A stretch of DNA of 64,000 bases from Guillardia theta CCMP2712 (taxonomy: Eukaryota > Protista > Cryptophyta). The stretch is taken from assembly GCF_000315625.1 (NCBI RefSeq), contig NW_005434541.1, positions 122,669 through 186,668 of the forward strand, in the 5' to 3' direction. The first letter of the stretch is position 1, and each line of letters opens with the position of its first letter. The notes under the pieces were generated by a model. That model was not told the origin of the DNA and did not search any database. It saw only the letters and a list, made by a program, of their open reading frames with translations. Shown piece by piece: positions 58,875-64,000 of the stretch. The position numbers and the translations under genes are program-made.

Positions 58875-59669
58875 ATGCGGCGCAAGCAAAGTACAAGTGC
58901 GCGGAATGGCAAGAGGGATTATGGAACGGAATCTGTGTGTGTTCGTGTTCTTATTACAATGTTTTTTATACAAGGTATTAATTCACAAATTAGTTACACA
59001 CCGCCTACGTGCCCACTAAACACTTATTCCGCCAGTGGTATCATGACAGCATGGGAAGATTCATGTACAGGAGCGACTGGAAGTTGTTCAACATTCTGGT
59101 CTACCTCTACATACAGCGGAGTCACATCAGGACTTGCAATTGACAATGCTTATACATTACCGAATTATGATTGTGGTTCAAGTTCGTGTAAGACCACAAC
59201 CACCTACTGGTACATAGATATGCTTACGGAGCGAAGTATTCAGCACGTAAGGATATGGGGAAGGACGGATTGTTGTTTTTCAAGGGATTCTAATCTTTTA
59301 GTCTACATAGGTAATGATCCAAGTACTGCGAACATTGTGAATAATGATTATTGTGGTACAACTGGCACCCTCGGTGGTATCGGTTGGGCTGTTAGTATGG
59401 AATGTAACTTGCGTGGAAGGTATCTATGGGTTTACAAGGTATACGGTACAGCGGATGTACAAAATTGGGTAGATATCGCAATCAATGGATGTAATTCATG
59501 TCCGTTAGGGAACGTGACCACGGGAACCGGATCGAATTCTTTAAGTAGCTGTGTTACACCAACTCAGAATAGTGTTGCACTTTGTGCAATCGGTTCATAT
59601 GCCGATGATGGAAATAGCGTCTATTCCAATGCATATCAGGCATTTGCAAATCTTTTGCAAAAGATTTAG
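58875..59669 (+). pseudogene. 3'-truncated Cys-rich surface protein with F-type lectin (FTP/discoidin-like) domain
   Basis: YWYIDM..IQHVRIWGRTDCC.SR..LVYIGN..GRYL; CPLNTYS and CNSCPLG..GSNSLSSC repeats; its stop TAG is part of the first TTTAGGG. Confidence 0.75.
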
Positions 59670-59705
59670 GGTTTAGGGTTTAGGGTTTAGGGTTTAGGGT
59701 TTAGG
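59665..59705 (+). repeat. (TTTAGGG) about x6
   Basis: Direct reading of the sequence. Confidence 0.97.
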
Positions 59706-60255
59706 AGCGCCGGTTATTTCAGGCAGCGCCGGTTATTTCAGGCAGCGCCGGTTATTCAGGCAGCGCCGGTTATTTCAGGCAGCGCCGGTTATTTCAGGCA
59801 GCGCCGGTTATTTCAGGCAGCGCCGGTTATTTCAGGCAGCGCCGGTTATTTCAGGCAGCGCCGGTTATTTCAGGCAGCGCCGGTTATTTCAGGCAGCGCC
59901 GGTTATTTCAGGCAGCGCCGGTTATTTCAGGCAGCGCCGGTTATTTCAGGCAGCGCCGGTTATTTCAGGCAGCGCCGGTTATTTCAGGCAGCGCCGGTTA
60001 TTTCAGGCAGCGCCGGTTATTTCAGGCAGCGCCGGTTATTTCAGGCAGCGCCGGTTATTTCAGGCAGCGCCGGTTATTTCAGGCAGCGCCGGTTATTTCA
60101 GGCAGCGCCGGTTATTTCAGGCACCATGGCTGCACGCGTGGTGTAGGGGAAGCTGCCAGGGCGCCAAGGAAGCTCAGGCAGCGCCGGTTATTTCAGGCAG
60201 CGCCGGTTATTTCAGGCAGCGCCGGTTATTTCAGGCAGCGCCGGTTATTTCAGGC
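59706..60255 (+). repeat. 5' monomer array of copy C, 19 bp, about 22 + 4 copies, interrupted by a duplicated 5' leader
   Basis: AGCGCCGGTTATTTCAGGC in tandem. Confidence 0.95.
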
Positions 60256-60347
60256 ACCATGGCTGCACGCGTGGTGTAGGGGAAGCTGCCAGGGCGCCAA
60301 GGAAGCTGCAAGCGAGAGGTTTGTATACTTCAAATAGCTTTCTAAGT

Positions 60348-62495
60348 ATGGTTCTTCAGTATGATGAAAATGTTCGCAACCTGCTGTATCGGAGATCATG
60401 CCAATACACGCAGAGCGGACTTGTGGATGCCTCTGTCCTCGAAGCTGATCTCGTCGAGAGGGTGAAGAGCTTCGCGAAGCGTTATCCGAACAGCAGGACA
60501 GCCCAGGCTTGCAAGGCTGTGGAGGGATGCACCCCCGACGCTATCGCAGAAGCCATCCGCTCGACATGTCAGCAGGCACGACGTGAGCTTCTGCAAGAAG
60601 CGATGACTGGATGGAGTGACGCATCCAGAGAGTGGTTTATGCAGCAGATTGAGGAAGCCAAGAAGGAGAAGGTCGAGACATACACCGCCTCAGCAGGCAA
60701 CGAGGTAACTTCCTTCATCTCCATGACTCTCCTGGGCATCTCCTCGGTGTATGTCAACCATGAAGAAAAGCTGAAGAAGAAATTTGAAGAGATCGGACTG
60801 ATCGTAGACTCAGTGCAAGAGAGTAAAGCAATCATGTGGAAGGCTCCGTATAGACCCGAGATAGCGAGTGCTGAGGAGATCCCGGTGACTGTTTCCTTCC
60901 TCCGCAATGCACAAGCGGAGAAGCTCTGGCAGGGAAGAGAGGACTTCGCGATCGATGGTCGCAAGTTCACAGCTGTACATGTGAGCATCGTGCACGATCG
61001 ATCTTTCAAGATTCGAGCCAAGAGAGGACCCTGGGGCAAAGGGGGCAGCTTGGCAGAGCTGACTCACCTGCTAACCTTGGGCGGCATGACAACGGCTGAG
61101 ATAGCTGCCGTCTATCGCTATCAGCTGCTGCGCCAGTCCCTTGCAGCGGTCCAACTCCAGCCGCTGGCAGGCATGCTGGTCGCTGGGGCGCCAGGACAGC
61201 AAGTCCACAAAGGCTTAGGTCAGAAAGGCTTCATCGCTGTAGGGGCCAACGTCATCTGGAGACAGAGGGAGGTGGAGTGGATCGTCTCCTCGAGCTGCCC
61301 AGAGGCGAATGATACAGCATTTCGAGCTTTCCGAGAGAGCGAAGCGATGGAGGGAGTACACCTGACTCTGTTCAGCGAGGACCCGAAGATCAGAGAGGCG
61401 CTCGCAGTCGAGTTGACAGCTGATCGCTTTGTGTCCAGAAATAAGTTGAAGAAGGCATCAAGGATGCAGAAGAAGGCAGGCGGCAAGGACGGCAAGGAGA
61501 TCAAGATCATCATCAAGTCGACGGCGGCATCTGGTCGCTTCACGAGGAAGGAGATGGAGGGGCTGTGCAACGGCGGCAACACGTCTATCGCAAGAGTCAA
61601 GAGAGTCTTGTTGGAGATCGCTAACAGGCTCGAGATCAACGTTGAAGGCATCGACATGGAGGAGGATTTGAACACCAAGTCCTGGAACGGGTCCAAGCTA
61701 TGCATCCTCCTCGGCTCCACGGAGGATGCTCGACGCATGATGAAGGAGCTGCCCTTCTATCTCGAAGGCGCAGCAACCAAGCTCGAAGCAGTCGGCTTCG
61801 ACAAGGAGCCTGACTCTGAGGCGGCTGGTCAGCGGGGCACCAGCGACGCAGCGCAGCGACAGGAGGAGAGCGAGGGAGAGTGGCTGGAGTTTACAGACCT
61901 GGAGAGGATCACAATGGAGGCAGCATCTCCGTCAAGCCAAGAGGACATGCAGCTCGTCAGCGAGCTGTCAGCAGTCATCGAAGATGCAGCTTCTTTGAAC
62001 GAGGCAGGGACGAGCGAGCCGATCAAGCTGGTCCTGGACAAGGCCGTTGGCAACCTCCACGACACCTTCTACTCTCCGGGGAGCCTGGAGTTCATGTCGC
62101 TGGGAGAGTGGGCGAAGATGCCAGAGGAGCAGGGAGTGGGACGCAACGCGCTCAAGGAGAAGCTGGGGAAGTGGCTGCAGAGCAAGCGCTGGACTCGCGT
62201 GCAAGGAGAGAGCAAGAAGGCAAGGAGGGGCAGCGCGTTCTCGCCACGGGCAACGGCAGCTGCTGAGCTTGAGCAGGAGGCGGAGAGCGACGACATAGAG
62301 CGTCGATCTCTTAGCCTCCTGTTCATAGCACTGAGTAAATTCGCAGAGATGCATGTGCTGGCCTGCTCGCTGAAGGTGGACAAGAAGGACCGACTGCGAG
62401 TGGAGATGAGGGAAGATGACGAAGAAGAGGAAGACATGGAGGAAGAGCAAGGCGAGGGCGAGGAAGAAGACGGGGCGAGCCCGTACCGAGCTTGA
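60348..62495 (+). CDS. ORF1 protein of copy C (intact, ~715 aa)
   Basis: Uninterrupted ORF homologous to ORF1 of the RT-bearing copy B. Confidence 0.85.
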   Translation: MVLQYDENVRNLLYRRSCQYTQSGLVDASVLEADLVERVKSFAKRYPNSRTAQACKAVEGCTPDAIAEAIRSTCQQARRELLQEAMTGWSDASREWFMQQIEEAKKEKVETYTASAGNEVTSFISMTLLGISSVYVNHEEKLKKKFEEIGLIVDSVQESKAIMWKAPYRPEIASAEEIPVTVSFLRNAQAEKLWQGREDFAIDGRKFTAVHVSIVHDRSFKIRAKRGPWGKGGSLAELTHLLTLGGMTTAEIAAVYRYQLLRQSLAAVQLQPLAGMLVAGAPGQQVHKGLGQKGFIAVGANVIWRQREVEWIVSSSCPEANDTAFRAFRESEAMEGVHLTLFSEDPKIREALAVELTADRFVSRNKLKKASRMQKKAGGKDGKEIKIIIKSTAASGRFTRKEMEGLCNGGNTSIARVKRVLLEIANRLEINVEGIDMEEDLNTKSWNGSKLCILLGSTEDARRMMKELPFYLEGAATKLEAVGFDKEPDSEAAGQRGTSDAAQRQEESEGEWLEFTDLERITMEAASPSSQEDMQLVSELSAVIEDAASLNEAGTSEPIKLVLDKAVGNLHDTFYSPGSLEFMSLGEWAKMPEEQGVGRNALKEKLGKWLQSKRWTRVQGESKKARRGSAFSPRATAAAELEQEAESDDIERRSLSLLFIALSKFAEMHVLACSLKVDKKDRLRVEMREDDEEEEDMEEEQGEGEEEDGASPYRA

Positions 62496-62748
62496 GCTGA
62501 GCCCAAGGTAAGGAGAGAAGGTAGGAGGCGACCGAAGGCCAAGGTGAGGAGAGGCAACTCTCCTGACTGAGGCTGAGGAAGCCAAGAGAAGACAGCAGAA
62601 GTAGAGAGTAGAAAGACGCCTCAGAAGCAGGGTTCGCATTGTAGGCCGTGTACTCCCAGTGCTCGAGCGCCTCTTTAGACTAGGATCAAATTGCACAAGC
62701 CCACAACGAGGCCGAGCAACATTCTAGCATTCTAATAAACTCACATAA

Positions 62749-62817
62749 TTAGGGTTTAGGGTTTAGGGTTTAGGGTTTAGGGTTTAGGGTTTAGGGTTTA
62801 GGGTTTAGGGTTTAGGG
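62749..62817 (+). repeat. (TTTAGGG) about x10
   Basis: Direct reading of the sequence. Confidence 0.97.
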
Positions 62818-64000
62818 CCGGTTATTTCAGGCACCATGGCTGCACGCGTGGTGTAGGGGAAGCTGCCAGGGCGCCAAGGAAGCTGCAAGCGAGAGGTTTG
62901 TATACTTCAAATAGCTTTCTAAGTATGGTTCTTCAGTATGATGAAAATGTTCGCAACCTGCTGTATCGGAGATCATGCCAATACACGCAGAGCGGACTTG
63001 TGGATGCCTCTGTCCTCGAAGCTGATCTCGTCGAGAGGGTGAAGAGCTTCGCGAAGCGTTATCCGAACAGCAGGACAGCCCAGGCTTGCAAGGCTGTGGA
63101 GGGATGCACCCCCGACGCTATCGCAGAAGCCATCCGCTCGACATGTCAGCAGGCACGACGTGAGCTTCTGCAAGAAGCGATGACTGGATGGAGTGACGCA
63201 TCCAGAGAGTGGTTTATGCAGCAGATTGAAGAAGCCAAGAAGGAGAAGGTCGAGACATACACCGTCTCAGCAGGCAACGAGGTGACTTCCTTCATCTCCA
63301 TGACTCTCCTGGGCATCTCCTCGGTGTATGTCAACCATGAAGAAAAGCTGAAGAAGAAATTTGAAGAGATCGGACTGATCGTAGACTCAGTGCAAGAGAG
63401 TAAAGCAATCATGTGGAAGGCTCCGTATAGACCCGAGATAGCGAGTGCTGAGGAGATCCCGGTGACTGTTTCCTTCCTCCGCAATGCACAAGCGGAGAAG
63501 CTCTGGCAGGGAAGAGAGGACTTCGCGATCGATGGTCGCAAGTTCACAGCTGTACATGTGAGCATCGTGCACGATAGATCTTTCAAGATTCGAGCCAAGA
63601 GAGGACCCTGGGGCAAAGGGGGCAGCTTGGCAGAGCTGACTCACCTGCTAACCTTGGGCGGCATGACAACGGCTGAGATAGCTGCCGTCTATCGCTATCA
63701 GCTGCTGCGCCAGTCCCTTGCAGCGGTCCAACTCCAGCCGCTGGCAGGCATGCTGGTCGCTGGGGCGCCAGGACAGCAAGTCCACAAAGGCTTAGGTCAG
63801 AAAGGCTTCATCGCTGTAGGGGCCAACGTCATCTGGAGACAGAGGGAGGTGGAGTGGATCGTCTCCTCGAGCTGCCCAGAGGCGAATGATACAGCATTTC
63901 GAGCTTTCCGAGAGAGCGAAGCGATGGAGGGAGTACACCTGACTCTGTTCAGCGAGGACCCGAAGATCAGAGAGGCGCTCGCAGTCGAGTGACAGCTGAT
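62818..64000 (+). mobile_element. Element copy D, near-identical to C over the visible part, only one partial 5' monomer; runs off the window
   Basis: Leader and ORF1 (from 62925) almost identical to copy C; 1-nt deletion near 63990 gives a stop. Confidence 0.88.

Larger units (their letters stand above)
47298..59664. mobile_element. Foreign, intronless, gene-dense block; probable endogenous large DNA virus fragment
   Basis: Abrupt shift to GC3-rich codons, tightly packed single-exon ORFs with short AT-rich TATA-like spacers, both ends broken mid-gene; no hallmark gene seen. Confidence 0.65.
59706..62748 (+). mobile_element. Telomere-embedded non-autonomous ORF1-only non-LTR element, copy C (apparently full length)
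   Basis: TTTAGGG on both sides, 19-bp monomer array, single intact ORF1, 3' UTR with AATAAA and a TAA end. Confidence 0.88.

Noticed and set aside
62545-62595. Hammerhead ribozyme in the element 3' UTR (stem-CTGACTGA-stem)
   Set aside because: Core is CUGACUGA rather than CUGANGA and the required GAAA after stem II is missing; kept only as a stem-loop
38496-64000. Penelope/Athena-type or HeT-A-type terminal attachment
   Set aside because: The autonomous copy has an APE endonuclease and a LINE-type RT, and orientation relative to the G-rich strand is opposite to end-primed elements

Overview
Eukaryotic subtelomeric window. Short 35-60 nt GT-AG introns, RWP-RK genes and TTTAGGG repeats suggest an alga, probably a cryptophyte (inference). 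Bases 1-38.2 kb hold ordinary intron-containing host genes: three RWP-RK factors, an LSH/DDM1-like SNF2 helicase, an LRR protein, a TPR/GT41 glycosyltransferase, an NPPY-motif methyltransferase, TM9SF, a bacterial-type HDAC, a PH + single-domain voltage-gated channel + EF-hand protein and an ARM protein. From 38.3 kb onward is a head-to-tail array of non-LTR retroelements, each embedded in (TTTAGGG)n and each starting with its own 19-21 bp tandem monomer array. One is an autonomous-type copy: ORF1, a TAATG stop-start overlap, then ORF2 with Ulp1-like protease, APE endonuclease, a Cys-rich segment and RT, plus a putative 34-nt intron. Two further copies are ORF1-only and end in TAA tails; a fourth is cut off by the window edge. 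The RT of the autonomous copy stops at PQGSP and is fused in frame to a ~12.4 kb intronless, mostly GC-rich, gene-dense block resembling a large DNA virus fragment. That block encodes a WASP-like WH2-central-acidic motif protein, a permuted NlpC/P60 protein, membrane proteins and an F-type lectin, and it ends where telomeric repeat supplies the stop codon of a broken ORF. No viral hallmark gene (capsid, polymerase, terminase) is recognisable. Exon boundaries are read by eye.
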